Below are positions 25,351 to 37,867 of a DNA stretch of 64,000 nt, piece after piece. The stretch's first letter is position 1, and each line of letters starts with the position of its first letter. The notes beneath the pieces were generated by a model. The model ran no database searches. It saw only the letters and a list, made by a program, of their open reading frames with translations, and was not told where the DNA came from. Origin of the DNA: Tricharina praecox (Eukaryota); NCBI RefSeq assembly GCF_024521635.1, contig NW_026250426.1, positions 434,001 to 498,000 on the forward strand. Reading direction: 5' to 3'. The position numbers and the translations under genes are program-made.

Positions 25351-25688
25351 ATGGGAAAAGTTCACGGATCCCTCGCTCGTGCCGGTAAGGTCAAGTCTCA
25401 GACCCCGAAGGTATGCTTTCCCTCCCAACTCGTGCTCTCACGGAAGCAAAGACAAGTACTGATCAAGCTGTTTCGGTGCTATAGGTCGAGCCCCAGGAGA
25501 AGCCCAAGACTCCTAAGGGACGCGCCAAGAAGAGAATCCTGTGAGCACCACTTCCCTCCTCTCTCCATCTCTCCACCACTCCGACATCCCCCGCTGACTA
25601 GTCTCCACGCGATAGCTACACCCGCCGTTTCGTAAACGTGACGATGACCGGAGGAAAGCGGAAGATGAACCCCAACCCTGGAACGTAA
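25351..25688 (+). CDS. RPS30: 40S ribosomal protein S30 (eS30)
   Basis: Exons 25351-25410, 25485-25540, 25616-25688: [62 protein letters not shown]. Confidence 0.98.
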
Positions 25689-27190
25689 AGGGTTGACCTT
25701 ACGAACGATGGAGGCTTCCTTTTCTTTGTCGATACACGCTTTTTTTTTTCTGTTGTGTTTGTGGTGACAGATCGAGGGCTGGATATCGCAAATGATAAAA
25801 TGAAATCGCGCAATGGAATCGTCATCGGAACATACTTGTCGTTCGTTCGTTCTTTCGTTTGGGAAGTGAGGGGAAAGGAAGGGGGTGGTAAGTGTGGCGA
25901 AGTCACGGTCGGAAATTTCTACGCTTGTTTCGCTGTCACCACCTATGTCACGGTGCTACCCATCGAAACGTGTGTGAGCGGGTGTGTCATGCTGCGGGTG
26001 AGCTCCAGCCGTCGGTTCGCGATTCGCCAACCTCTGCCCAACGATGTATGCGTAAAATCAGAGACCATCTTGTTATGCATGATCCGCCAGTTCGTACGGT
26101 GTGGAATCTTCTACTTCTGCCGAGAGGAGGGACTTATGGGTCGAAGGTACCGTCACTTGGTTCAGGACCGCAGGGGTCCGGGCTAAAGTCCTGATCATGC
26201 ACCGAAAGACCTCCATCTCCGTTTCGAGCCCGACGTTGTCGTGCATGCTCCTATGACAGCATTTCTCCACACCTCTGCCATGTCGTTTGATCGTTACCAT
26301 GGTTATCTTGTGTTTACACCTACAAAAACAAAACAAGATATCCACTCCGCATAATCCAGCCAGCGGGAGCATGAGCACGTGCATGGGCATCACCATCAGC
26401 ATGGGCATGACAGCATCTCGGGACGACTAGATCTTGCGATAGTGCCGACTGACTGAATGATTCACTGACAAGGCATATATAGGTAGATTTTCTTGAGCCG
26501 GACCGCCTTCGGTGCTTGGCGGTACCGGTGCCGCAGCTGGTGAAAGTTGGATGCTGGTTATGAGCGACAACTACCTACCGTGCTAATAGTTTGGAGCTCA
26601 ACAGATGTGGTGGGTGCCGGTCGGCCATGATGGTCACGACTTGGGCGTAGGTACGCAAGGGTCAAGTGTCTTGCATGTCTTGCAGAAAGTCTCGATATCG
26701 ATCCCGTGGACGTGGCCTGCATGCTGAGGGCAAGCTTGAGTAAGTACACTACAATTTACTTCCTGAGCTCAGGTACCGTCCATTAGGCTGCTGTCGGCGG
26801 CGGGATTATTGTCCGCGAAGACTGGCCGTTGAATTCGACAGCAGCGAATGCACTTCAAATTACATGTGCATCTACTAGGTACCACTGTATGCATGCGCCA
26901 CACCTCGGTCATCTAGACTGCATGCGCCACCAGCATATCAGCCATCCATCCCACCACCCAAGCAACTGACTTCACATTTTGCTTGCTTATCCGCAACGAC
27001 GGCCACTCACAACTGTCCGGTCCGCAACCAAAGTTCTAGTTAACCAACCAACCAACCGGACTGGCCCAATCCCGCGAGTGACAATCGCATCAACCGCAAT
27101 CACAGTCTATCCGTCGCCACCACCCCTCAGGGCGCGCCCCGTCCTTAGGAGTCCAATTCTAGGTTGCCCTGTACTTCGCATCGCAACGCC

Positions 27191-29453
27191 ATGGACTCCT
27201 CCGCCCCGCGACAAGACCGTGCGCCCTCACCTCCGGCCACCCGTCCTGAACCTCGCCCGGCCTCCGCAGAAGCCCCCGAACTCCCCGGAACTCTGGGGAC
27301 TGTCATCGTGTGTTTCCACCCCACCTCCGGGCTGCTCAGAAGCCAACACACAATTCTAACCGTATCGTCCACCGCCGCAGGGACGCGATCTCACAGCGTT
27401 CGGTCGCACCGTCACAGCAACCGCGGGACAGCTCATCGGCCCGTTCGCGGACGCCGGACATCCGAACCATTACACCAACACCATGGGCGACATCTCGAAG
27501 CAGCTAGCGAAGCGCCCCTCGATCCAGAAGCGAATGCTGTCGTTTAACCACCGCTCGCCTACCGAGCTCGTCAGATCGAAGCTGTCGACCGCAGAGATTC
27601 AGCATCGCGCGCTGACCCATGTGCCCGATGAGATGCTCTCCGATATCCCCGCCGCGGAGCACGCCTACTCGCTATTCCAGGGCTTCCAGGCGACAATTCC
27701 AGACGAGACTTTTGCGGCTACCGAGCGCGGGAGAACCAGGCACCGGAGACGCTCCTCCGGGAAGCATAAGGCGCTGGAAGGGCTGAATGGCTTGACGCCG
27801 GAAGGCCCGCCAACCCTGGTCCATATGGCCCGCGAGAAGGCGGCGCTCACAAGACAGCTGGAAATGTTGGCCATCAGGAAGAATATGGCTTCTGCGGAAA
27901 TCAGGGAGATCGATATGAAGATTACCAACCTTAACCAGATGCGGAACATTGTCTTCGACAGATTAGCACAGCTGGAGCAGGAGGAAAGCGAGGTAGAGCA
28001 CGAGAGTATGATGACCCCTCCATGGCGAGTCGAGTAGCGAGCTTGTGCTACTGCATCGGTGGTACTGACCTTGAGACCTAGTTGTCTCTGTGGAGAACAA
28101 GATCGAAGAAATGGAGGATGAGCTCGAGATGACCGGCGAAGGGGCAGCCCATCGCGCTGATCCATCCTCGTCCGAGGACACTGCTGGTGAAGCCGGTGAC
28201 TCGTTTATGTCTGAATCTATCTACAACAAAATACCTGGCAAACAACCTCGGAAACGGAAAGCCAACCGGAGAATATCGAAACCTGTGCTTCATGGACACC
28301 TCGAACCTGGCGCCGCAATCAAAGATATGCAAACTCACAACGACACCATAACATGCTTAGATTTTGATGTACCGTTTGGAACCATGGTTACCGCAGCACT
28401 GGACGACACCGTCAGGGTTTGGGACTTAGGTTCAGGTAGATGTCTGGGCATGCTGGAAGGTCACCATGCTTCTGTTCGCTGTCTCCAAGTCGAGGACAAC
28501 ATCGTGGCTACTGGTTCCGCGGATGCATCGATTCGGTTGTGGGATCTCTCTAGAGCAGAGAGCTACCGCTACACGCCTGACGAAGAAGAGGATGGTACCC
28601 CTTCGCGCACGACACCATCCATGGAGGAGTGCCACATTTTGACCTTGGGCTCGCACATTGACGAGGTGACTGCTCTCTACTTCCAAGGCGACATGTTGGT
28701 TTCCGGCAGTGAGGACAAGACATTACGGCAATGGGATCTGGAGAAGGGGAGATGCGTGCAGACCCTCGACGTCCTCTGGGCCGCCGCGCAAAGCAGCATG
28801 GACGAGGGAAAGTGGAGGACGCCCAACGGCCGGGTGGCGGGCGGTGATTCCGGCGACTTTGTGGGCGCGTTGCAGTGTTTCGATGCCGCGTTGGCGTGTG
28901 GAACTGCCGATGGAATGGTCAGACTGTGGGACTGTGAGTGCGAATCGTGCATCCGAATTGAATTGGCGCGATGACTGGTTGCTAATACACGCCATGTCTG
29001 TTTGCGAAGTGAGGAGTGGACAGGTTCATCGTTCTCTGGTCGGTCACACTGGGCCTGTCACAGCACTGCAGTTCGACGATATGCACCTTGTAACTGGCTC
29101 CTTAGACCGAAGCATTCGAGTAAGGCTATCCCATCCACCCACCCATCCATCCAAAGCAGTTATACTGAGAATTACAGATCTGGGATCTCCGAACTGGCAC
29201 GATCTTTGATGCCTTTGGGTATAACAACCCAGTTACGAGCATGCAATTCGACGCACGCCGGATCGTTTCCGCGGTCGGCGAGAACGTCGTCAAGATCTAC
29301 GACAAGACCGACGGCCGGCATTGGGACTGTGGTGCTGGCCTCAAGGACGACGACGCAAGTAAAGCCGCTTCCGTCGTCGACAGAGTCAGGGTCAAGGATG
29401 GATACCTGGTTGAGGGAAGACGTGATGGTATGGTCGGAGTCTGGTCGGTTTAA
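27191..29453 (+). CDS. MDV1: Mitochondrial fission adaptor Mdv1/Caf4 (N-terminal extension, coiled coil, WD40)
   Basis: Exons 27191-27307, 27381-28005, 28082-28933, 29010-29119, 29178-29453. Motifs [10 protein letters not shown], coiled coil [18 protein letters not shown]40 repeats [25 protein letters not shown] and [19 protein letters not shown]. Confidence 0.93.
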
Positions 29454-29983
29454 ACGCGAGTGCGAGTGCGAGTGAGTGAGTGATGATGGAGCGGCCGGGG
29501 ATCCGGAAGAAAAAGTTGAAATGGTTCATGGCGTAATGATGGGGATCTCATCTTCCTTATACTTCTTGTTGGGGGCGTTGGGACTTCTTCTTCTTCTTCT
29601 TCTTGTTTTTTCTTTTCTATATCTATCTCGCACTCTAACGTTGTATATTTGTGTGCGTCTCGTAGGATGGGATAGGATGGGATGGATTTCTCTCCTCTCT
29701 TCCTTGTCTGTCTCGAGCCACGGAGGAAGTGTTACGATTACTCTAGACGGGGTGAGGTGGTGGTGGTGGTGGTGGTGGTGGTGGGAGGATGATGGTCGTG
29801 GGTTGGATTGGACGGATTGGATTTGTAAAAGTAATCGGTTCGGTTCAGTACATACAAACAACGGACATGTAGTTCTATAAGGTTCTACTACTTTTACCCA
29901 GTCCCCAAAGTCCGAAAGACGCCATCCAGATCTCTCAAGTTCTTCCTATTTTACAAAGATCCATTTGCCCCCACGACTGACTA

Positions 29984-31104
29984 CTATAACGTGCCACTGT
30001 AATATACCTTTCTGACATCAACAAACTTCTTTCCCCGACCCCGGGCAATGGTCTCGGGCAGCCGCTGGCTCTTGAGCGCCTTGAGGAACGTCTTGACGAC
30101 GTTCATGGGGTTCCTACTGCGAGTGACACGCGCCGAGAGGTCTTGGATTCCAAGGCATCGGCACATCTCGAAGATATGGGCGGAGCATCTCACACCGAAT
30201 CCTTCCGCGGATGTTAGTCAATTTGGTGGTGTAAGTCGTGGTGTGCGGGACGGGACGGGAACAAACCAGGAGGTCTTGTAAAAACCTTCATTTCCACGGC
30301 GCCCTGCTTGACCTCCACGTCGCCGTAAATAGTCCTGTTTTCATAGCGCGGGATGGGCTCCATATTCCGCATTGCCATGTACGTTGCCTGGCGGATCGCA
30401 TCCTCGCTCTCCACCGCCTTGCCCTCGCCTACACCTAGCAGCCCGTTCCCGTTGCCTGCGACCGCCAACGCATACACCTTCCGGATCTTCCCCATGCGCG
30501 TCTGGTTCGTCACCGAGTGCGTCAGCATCAGCCGCGTGCGGAGGGTCTTGAGCTCCGTGAGCGGCATGCCGGTCGCCTGCGACAGCTTGCGGAAGAGGTT
30601 GCCTTCCGAGTCGGCGTCGTCGTATTTGATGTCGGGGTCCTGGGAGCGGGGGAGGGAGCTCTTCGGCAGCGTCTTGGTCACGCCGCCGTGCGTCGTGGTC
30701 TCGCCGAGCGACCGCATCTTCTTCGTCGTCTTCTCCGGTAGGAAGTCGAGCACCGGGTCGATCACTGAGAGGTCGTCGAGGTACGGCAGCGAGAAGGGGT
30801 CGCCCTCGCGCCGTGGGGCCCGACGTGAGAAGTCCGCGCGGTCGATCGCTTGCTCGCCTGCTAGCAGCGCTGATAGCTGCTCGTGGCTGAAGTGGCTACT
30901 GAGCTCTTCGAGCTGGGCGTCGGTGTACATCGCGGAGCCGCGGGAGACGGCGGTGCTGCTGCTGCTGGTGTTGGATTTGTTGGAGGGGCGGGGGTTGGTC
31001 GGCACCCGTGGGTACTGGGCGGCCGCGGCGGAGGTGAATGTGCGGGCACGGAATGGTGTAGCGGCCGATGCCAGAAGGCGGCCGAGTGGGCGGCCGACGC
31101 TCAT
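29984..31104 (-). CDS. MRPS5: Mitochondrial small-subunit ribosomal protein uS5m
   Basis: Exons 31104-30267 and 30201-29984. Presequence, then VTNQTRMGK...AVAGNGNGLLGVGEGK...IPRYENRTIYGD...RPPGFGVRC...IFEMCRCLGIQDL...RSRNPMNVVK. Confidence 0.93.
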
Positions 31105-31443
31105 GTTTGCTGTAGCTGATGCGGGAGTCTGAGGTCGGATTGAGAATTTTGGGAATGCCGCCCGCCGGGTAGGTGGGATGGTGGGATGCGGCTCGGTGGG
31201 TTAGGGTTGTTTGACACGGCTCGAGCCTCGTGATTCCCTTATCACAAGTATGTAGCACGTCCGGAGAGCCAAAAGTACTCTCTTTGCTCTTTATGTAAAG
31301 AAGTCTATTAAATTTATGTAGCTTAAGAAAGTACGTGGACAGAGTCATCATTTGTGTCTGGACCCTAGTGGAAAGTTGTGATAAGTTAGGGCTATAACTT
31401 GGACTCTGTCATGGCACCGCCACACTTATCGATCTATCCTGCG

Positions 31444-31495
31444 CCACTTCACGTGATTCACCACCCACACCACTTCACGTGATCAACCACCCACA
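31444..31495. repeat. 26-bp tandem duplication, each copy carrying the E-box TCACGTGA, in the MRPS5/CLR2-like divergent promoter
   Basis: CCACTTCACGTGATTCACCACCCACA (31444-31469) and CCACTTCACGTGATCAACCACCCACA (31470-31495). Confidence 0.85.
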
Positions 31496-31560
31496 CCACA
31501 TCAACCATGGGATGCCATCGCGTCCTCCATCCCAGGCCGCCCCGCCCTCCATCCCCCGCC

Positions 31561-31668
31561 ACCTCCCGCTCCACCACCACCTCCCGCTCCACCACCACCT
31601 CCCGCTCCACCACCTCCCGTTCCACCACCACCTCCCGCTCGACCAAATCCCGTTCGACCACCACCTCC
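31561..31668 (+). repeat. 15/18-bp minisatellite (ACCACCACCTCCCGCTCC)n upstream of or within the Clr2-like ORF
   Basis: About 6 imperfect copies; reads TTTSRS in the Clr2 frame. Confidence 0.85.
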
Positions 31669-31743
31669 GCCTCCACCTCCACCTCCACCACCAACCCCAC
31701 TACCACCACCCAACTTGAGCAACTACTAGAAGCCCTCGCAATT

Positions 31744-33645
31744 ATGGAGAAATTCGTAGAGTTCAGCATAGGATACTCGGACGGCAAGGCTTCCACGCAT
31801 CCCATCAACACCACTGGAGATGCAAAGCAGCCCGACGCAATTGCTGGCTATTTCCGTGCCATCAACGCCGGCGAATCCAAGGACCTCCTCTGGCGCATTA
31901 AGTGTGCAACGGCGTTGGTGGAACAGTTCGCACTTGACGCGAACAAAGGAATGAAGTACATCCTCAAGAGCATGCCCGCTGGCTATAAGTTGTACGAACA
32001 CAATAAGTTGACCAATGTATGTTGTGCTACTCTACTGCTCTTATGTTATCGTGAAGGAGGACGGCTGATAGAAATGATTCTGACTAATTTATGTGATGAA
32101 TAGAACGAGATTCGAAAGGATACCTACCTGTTCGGTCACCCCAGCGGCTCCCGCTTCCGCTCGCCAGCTGAATTCCTCCCCCACATGCTTTACCTAGCTG
32201 CCAACGACTCGAAGAACAATGGAAACAGCGTTATAGACAAGAACAAAGACTGTATCTGCAAATACTGCGCTTCTCCGTCCCGCACCCCTGGCGGAGCGGT
32301 AGGTAACAATACCTTTGTTACGGAAGAAGCTCGTGCTGAAGCCCATGCTGAGGCCCGCATGCACGCAGAGGTCGTGGAGCGTCTGGGAGAGCAGGAAATG
32401 GTTGGATGGGTTGCCCGTAAAGCAGAGCTTGTTTGGGTCTGGACGGGAGAGGAGAAGGACTTGTCGGCGGTCATCGATATTGCCGACTCGGAGCTTTGGG
32501 CGGCTGGTGTCGTCCTGGAGAGGCCCTTCAACAACCCTCCATTCCGCTTCCCCCAGAGTGCCGGTGGGTTCGTCGGCATCAACGCGGGTGGTGCTGCCCC
32601 ATGGGAAGGAAAGAAGGAAGAGGCCTACAAGATCCAGCTGTTGGGTGCTTTGAAGAACAAGCCCGGCGATAGGCTTGAGCGCGTTCAGCAGCACTTCATT
32701 AGGCCGTGGTTGGCTCGCCCCGACTTCATCAAGCCTCCCGAGGGGAACAACAAGAGGAGGGAACACCCATCCGTCAACGAAGGCCGTAGGCTATCTCACA
32801 CGTTCAGTTTATTTGAATTCGACGCGCCCACAAAAATACCCGTACCAGCCTACGACCAGGAAATAAAACTGGCATTAGAAGGAAGTGTCGCGTATTCCTA
32901 CAATGGGATGTTCTTTGGAGCGGAGAAGATCTTTGTCGGCGAGCCAATTAGAATCATAGACCCCAAAGACCCCTCCCAGGGGGAGAGTGTTATGGTTGTG
33001 GAGCAAATCTTCACATTGATCGCCCCCATTAGGGGAAGAAAAGATCAGTGCGCCTTTCGCCTGGTTGGCAACGTCTACTACCAGGGCCGCACCGTCGAGG
33101 ACAGAGCCAGAATGGTTAGTCCCGAGACTTTCGCGCAATTGCCGCCCAGGATGCGTCATGGAGACCCAGGAAAGAGTGGCCCCACTGTTTGGTGCCCCCG
33201 AAACAAACCCGGCGAGATGTTCGAGATCGGGTTCAGGCAGATATGTGGCCGTTGGTACGAGCCACAGGCAGTCTCCTACTGGATGTACCCGGACGAAGAT
33301 GCCCAGCTGGCCACCGCGTGGCCCTCAAACTTCACTCAAAACCGGGGTAAGGCTATCGGATGGAGCCATTTTAACGACATTGATATCCTCTCCGACCCCT
33401 CGGTGAAGAAGGTTCCCACCGCCATGACGGTGGACCAGATGAACAAGTTGGTGGCTGATCGCGAGAGGGAGAAGAAGAAGAAGAGGACTAGCAGCCCCCT
33501 TGCCCCTCCCAGTTCCAGCAAGAGTCGCATGGCGCGTGCTGTCACCGGCGACGACGAGACGGACGAAGAAATGGATGATGGCATCGCGGAGAGTGATGCT
33601 GGCGATGCTGAACAGCCATCCACCCAGGAGATGGCCATCAGGTAA
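31744..33645 (+). CDS. clr2: Cryptic loci regulator 2 (Clr2)-like transcription-silencing protein
   Basis: Exons 31744-32016 (in-frame upstream ATG at 31507) and 32104-33645. MPAGYKLYEH...KDTYLFGHPSGSRFRSPAEFLPHMLYL...CICKYC resembles the Clr2 N-terminal domain; YNGMFFGAEKIFVGEPIRI...ICGRWYE resembles the C-terminal domain. Confidence 0.8.
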
Positions 33646-34109
33646 TTGTTGAACCTTACAGGTTCCTTTCTATGGATCTTTCTCCTTTTTTTTTTGTTTT
33701 CTCCTTTGTTCTTTCCTATCCTAGGCAGCGGATTTGATCAAATAAAAGGTTGTTTTCGTTGTTTTCTTTGATTTGTTTGCTTTGCTTTGTTTGCTTTGAT
33801 TTTTTTTTCTTTTGGGTTGTTACCATGGTGTTCGTAATGGGCGGCGTTCTATCATCTCTTTCTTGCTTCATTTCTTACTGCATCTTCATCGGGTTTCCTT
33901 TCTACCTAATTCCCATCCAGCTTCATTTCATTCGGTTTTTTTTCGTCAATTGTCTTCAGTTTTCTTTAGGGATATTTACCTAGGTGCTAAGGTATTTAGG
34001 AGGGAATTTTATTCTTCTTATGCGTTACCATTCTCAACTCGCGAACTAGGTGTGATCATACAGTTTATGTAGTCCGTCAATCACCGGTGTATACACCACC
34101 CCAGCCCGC

Positions 34110-34913
34110 CTACCGTCCTACCAAAACACCCAGTACCTCCCCAGGCGGTACCGCCCGTTCCAATAACCACTCCAGCACCGCACCCTCCCCGCGCTCACTG
34201 CGTTCCACCGCCGCCATCCACACACCCACGCCGACCTCCGCACCCCTCCCCACCAGACTCTCTACAACCTCCACCCCAGCGCCACCCCTAACCGCCATCT
34301 CCAAACACCCAGCATCGGCCTTAACACTAGGTTCGAGCAGGACGCTTTCGACCAGGCTCCACCGGCCCGTTTCCACCGCTGCGCGCAGCGCCTCCCCGGG
34401 GTCCTCCCATCGTGCGCCCCGTTCGACCAGCATCTGCAGCAACCCTTCCCCACCGGGCTCTCCGGGCTCTCCAGGCTCTTCGGAAAAGTCCAGGAGCCTT
34501 AGCGGCAGCGGCACCCCGTCCAGCAGCAGTCGCCCATGCGCCGCCTCGAATTCTCGCACCGCCGCCGCCGTCAGGAAGCGGCCGCGCAGCAGTGCCGCGG
34601 GCGCGGAGTGCAAGTGGCTGGAAACCCAGCTGTTGCGCAGGTGGCGGGTGGGCTGCAGGACCGAGTGCAGTGCTCGGCAGGTTTCGGCGAGGGACGGGTT
34701 CAGCGCGTGCAGGTAGATGGTGTGCAGCAGCTCTGTGGGGAGGGTTGCGAGCGTGGGTTTGGGGTTGGCGGGCGGCGGCGGCGGGGGAGATGGTGCGTGA
34801 GTGGGCCGGGGGGAAGAGGTGTGGGAGGAGCGTGAAGGGACGCTGTATGGCGATTGCCGCCGACGGCCCGTAGTGCGGTTGCGGACGCTGCGGCCGGGGT
34901 GGAGGAAGCCCAT
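34110..34913 (-). CDS. 267-aa protein with F-box-like motif and ankyrin-like C-terminal repeats
   Basis: GC-rich ORF from ATG 34913 (AAAATG context). LATLPTELLHTIYLHALNPSL is F-box-like; LLQMLVERGA, ALRAAVETGRWSLVESVL, VVESLVGRGA and VLEWLLERA are ankyrin-like. Confidence 0.7.
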   Translation of the reverse strand: MGFLHPGRSVRNRTTGRRRQSPYSVPSRSSHTSSPRPTHAPSPPPPPPANPKPTLATLPTELLHTIYLHALNPSLAETCRALHSVLQPTRHLRNSWVSSHLHSAPAALLRGRFLTAAAVREFEAAHGRLLLDGVPLPLRLLDFSEEPGEPGEPGGEGLLQMLVERGARWEDPGEALRAAVETGRWSLVESVLLEPSVKADAGCLEMAVRGGAGVEVVESLVGRGAEVGVGVWMAAVERSERGEGAVLEWLLERAVPPGEVLGVLVGR

Positions 34914-37276
34914 TTTGTGGTTGGAACTTGGTTGCGGTATATACCGGTAGTGAAGTGGGAGCTTTTCTGTGTAACGTGTGGTGGGATGTGCGTGGTAACG
35001 GTACCTGGCTAGTCTGGATGGAGTAGCGTGTTTAGTTCGAGGTTGACGGGTGATCACGGGATTTGGAGAAAGGTCTCGTCGATCCACTCAAGAGTCAAGA
35101 TACAGCCCTTCTGCCCCGAATTCATGGCGGTAATCCCCTACCATATCAAATTGAATCCAATACACCAAATTATACAGCCCCAAACCACCATTAATCCAAA
35201 ACAGTATCGCATGAGTTTCGCCAGCTATTCCGCACCGAGGAAGTCTATGACCCAGTTAGGGTCAACCACGGAGAAAGAAGTGCAGGTAACTCACTCAAAA
35301 GCTTCTGCTGGTTATGCCTAAGTGCCGGCTCGGGGTCAAGAAAACAGTGGTAGACGATCCAAAGAGAACGGAACTGGCAGCTATACCAGCATCAACACCA
35401 TCTCCAGCATTAGAAGCAGAAGCCATATCCTTTCCGGCTTCTAGAATGGCAACAGAAGAAGACACAGAGCCGACTGGGGCAGGAGCTACATCACTGTCAA
35501 TACCAGCCCGGCATCAGAAGAAGTAGAGGCATATCCTCACCAGCGTCAGATATGGCAGTAACGGCAGCTCCAAAGGCGGCAGGAGAAATAGCTAATCGCC
35601 ACCAATCGTAGTCCAGCTGAGGAAGCAGGTGTCTGTACCTTCCAGCTCTGAGCTCACCGATCTTAACAGTCATCGATCAAATTTTATTAGATGACCCCCC
35701 CTCCCCCAAATCGTAAATTCGGCGCAGACCTTCAATTTCCGTCTTCAGAATCGGATTCGCCCTCGCACTTCTCCTCCCGCCACTCCCACTTGCAGCAGCC
35801 TTCCTCGCCTTCCCCCCGTTCGTCTCCTTCTCCCTCTTCTTCTTTCCATTGCCGAATCTGAGGTAGCTAGGTTGACAACCGATTGTGGCTCTGTATCGTA
35901 TGTTCTCGATTGTGGTGTGCAGTAGTAGGTAGGAGGAGGTCGGGGAGGTAGAAAGGACGGAGAGGAAGAAAGACTACTGGGCCACCGAGTCAGCTCCTGA
36001 CATAGGATGGAACTCATTGGGTATGGTTCGAGTAGCAGCCAGACAAGGCTGTAGTCAAGGCTGTGTCCAACTACCGTTTTGGGGCGCGCGGAAGGGCGGG
36101 GCTCTGCTCTACAGATGTGAGTGCCATGGAGCGACTTCAAGATCGACGTCCACATACATAACGTGGCCATGTGAAGAGGGCGACGTGCCGTACCGTTACA
36201 TACCAGCATGCGGACGCATCTAGAACTGCAGAGGGCGGTTTTCAGATGGCAGATAGACTACAGTTCCGTCACGTTGGAAGCAGACATGGCTGCAGAAAGC
36301 ATGCTGGCAGATCCCTCATTTCACATCGAATGTCACAGAAGAACAAGCAGTATCCAGAAATCACATTTCATTCAATTCGAATCATATATAGCATCGTATA
36401 GTTTCAAGTATCCTAAAATCTTCAGAATTAGCTTCATGTGATTCTCTGTGTTGAAGGTAGTGACAAGAAAGTTATGTGTACTGGGTATCCTCAGTGATCT
36501 TGGTTGTTAAGTAACGCGCATTTGCTTGAAGCATCGCATACTATCTATGTGCATAGGTTGTAATCATTGGATGGGGGAGGGAAAGCGACTATTGCGCCTG
36601 TCGGTACGCACAGTTTGTTATATCAAGCAGGCGGGGTTTGAAAAGTGTGAAGAGTTCCCTGTATGTCTTCGGTGGGTTTAGCAGGATTCTTCACAAGTGA
36701 ATGAAGATTTGCAAAAAGTAGTTGAAAGAATGTCGGGATCAGAATATGTAAGAATAAATATCAGAGCAGCATCACCACTTGATAGGACCCGGCGAGGTCC
36801 TATGGTTGATGCCCTCAATCGCAAATTATCTCCTCATGAGAGACATGGGGAAGGTGATGGGAGGATGTGAAATGAGGAGAGTAACATACCACGCGATGGT
36901 TGGCCAGTCAATTGGTTTGTGCAGAGAAATGGTGATGGCGGCGATTGGCGGTGGGAGACGCGACGAACGGACAAAGAGAAAAGTTTGAAGAAGAGAAAGC
37001 TGCGGTAACACAAAAAAGTCGACGCTTTGTAGTCCCGCGCATCACTAGCGCCAATCACTCAGCTTGTGCAACTTAGGGCAAAACCCCCAATCATGCACCA
37101 GCCGTCACGGTAATTTCATTCATCAACGCACTAATCTCTCGACGCACCCACCGACCGCCGCCAAATTATCGAAGCCCGACGCACGACTGAAAGCAACACG
37201 ACGAACGACAGCCGACGACCGACGCGACAAACCCCGACCCCGACGACTAACCCAACCTCCACCCCGCACGATCAAA

Positions 37277-37867
37277 ATGTCCTACGAAGTCAAGGCTTCT
37301 CAATGGCGGTATGTCGGATTTCTATTGGGGGGGGAGAGGATATGGCGGGACTGAGATGGGATGTGTTGGAGGGCAACAGGCTGATATGTGCCGTAATGGA
37401 ATAGGCTCGTTGAAGTCGGACGCCTCGTCCTGATCAACGACGGCCCCTCCAAGGGAAAGCTCGCTACCATCGTCGAGATTATCGATCACAAGCGCGTACG
37501 TTCGACCTCAGTTCCAGATTCCCGCGCGTCGTTCCGGAGCTAAAAGTTCGCTTCTATCTAGGTCCTGATCGACTCCCCTGATGCCGGTGTCCCCCGCCAG
37601 TCGTTCCCCCTCGCACACGTCAGCTTGACCAGTATCATTCTGACGACGCTGCCCCGCGGAGCCCGCACCGGTGTCGTCGCCAAGGTCTGGGAGAAGGAGG
37701 GTGTCGCTGAGAAGTGGGCCAAGTCGGCGCTCGCCAAGCGCATCGCCTCGACCGAGAAGAGGTGGGCTCTGAACGACTTTGACCGATTCAAGGTCATGGT
37801 CCTCAAGAAGCAGAGGCGTTTCGAGGTCAAGAAGGCTGTTGCCAAGGCCGCCAAGGCTTCCGCATAA
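37277..37867 (+). CDS. RPL14: 60S ribosomal protein L14 (eL14)
   Basis: Exons 37277-37308, 37405-37495, 37562-37867: [47 protein letters not shown]...[17 protein letters not shown]. Confidence 0.98.

Noticed and set aside
26365..26430. His-rich reading EHEHVHGHHHQHGHD
   Set aside because: Stop immediately upstream and no ATG in that frame; a CAT-rich simple repeat.
29160..29185. CTGAGAATTA resembling a TPP riboswitch segment
   Set aside because: It is the branch and acceptor region of MDV1 intron 4; the rest of the aptamer is absent.
31197..31210. CAACCCTAACC as a telomerase RNA template
   Set aside because: Lies about 100 bp upstream of the MRPS5 ATG with no room for a long RNA; better treated as a promoter motif.
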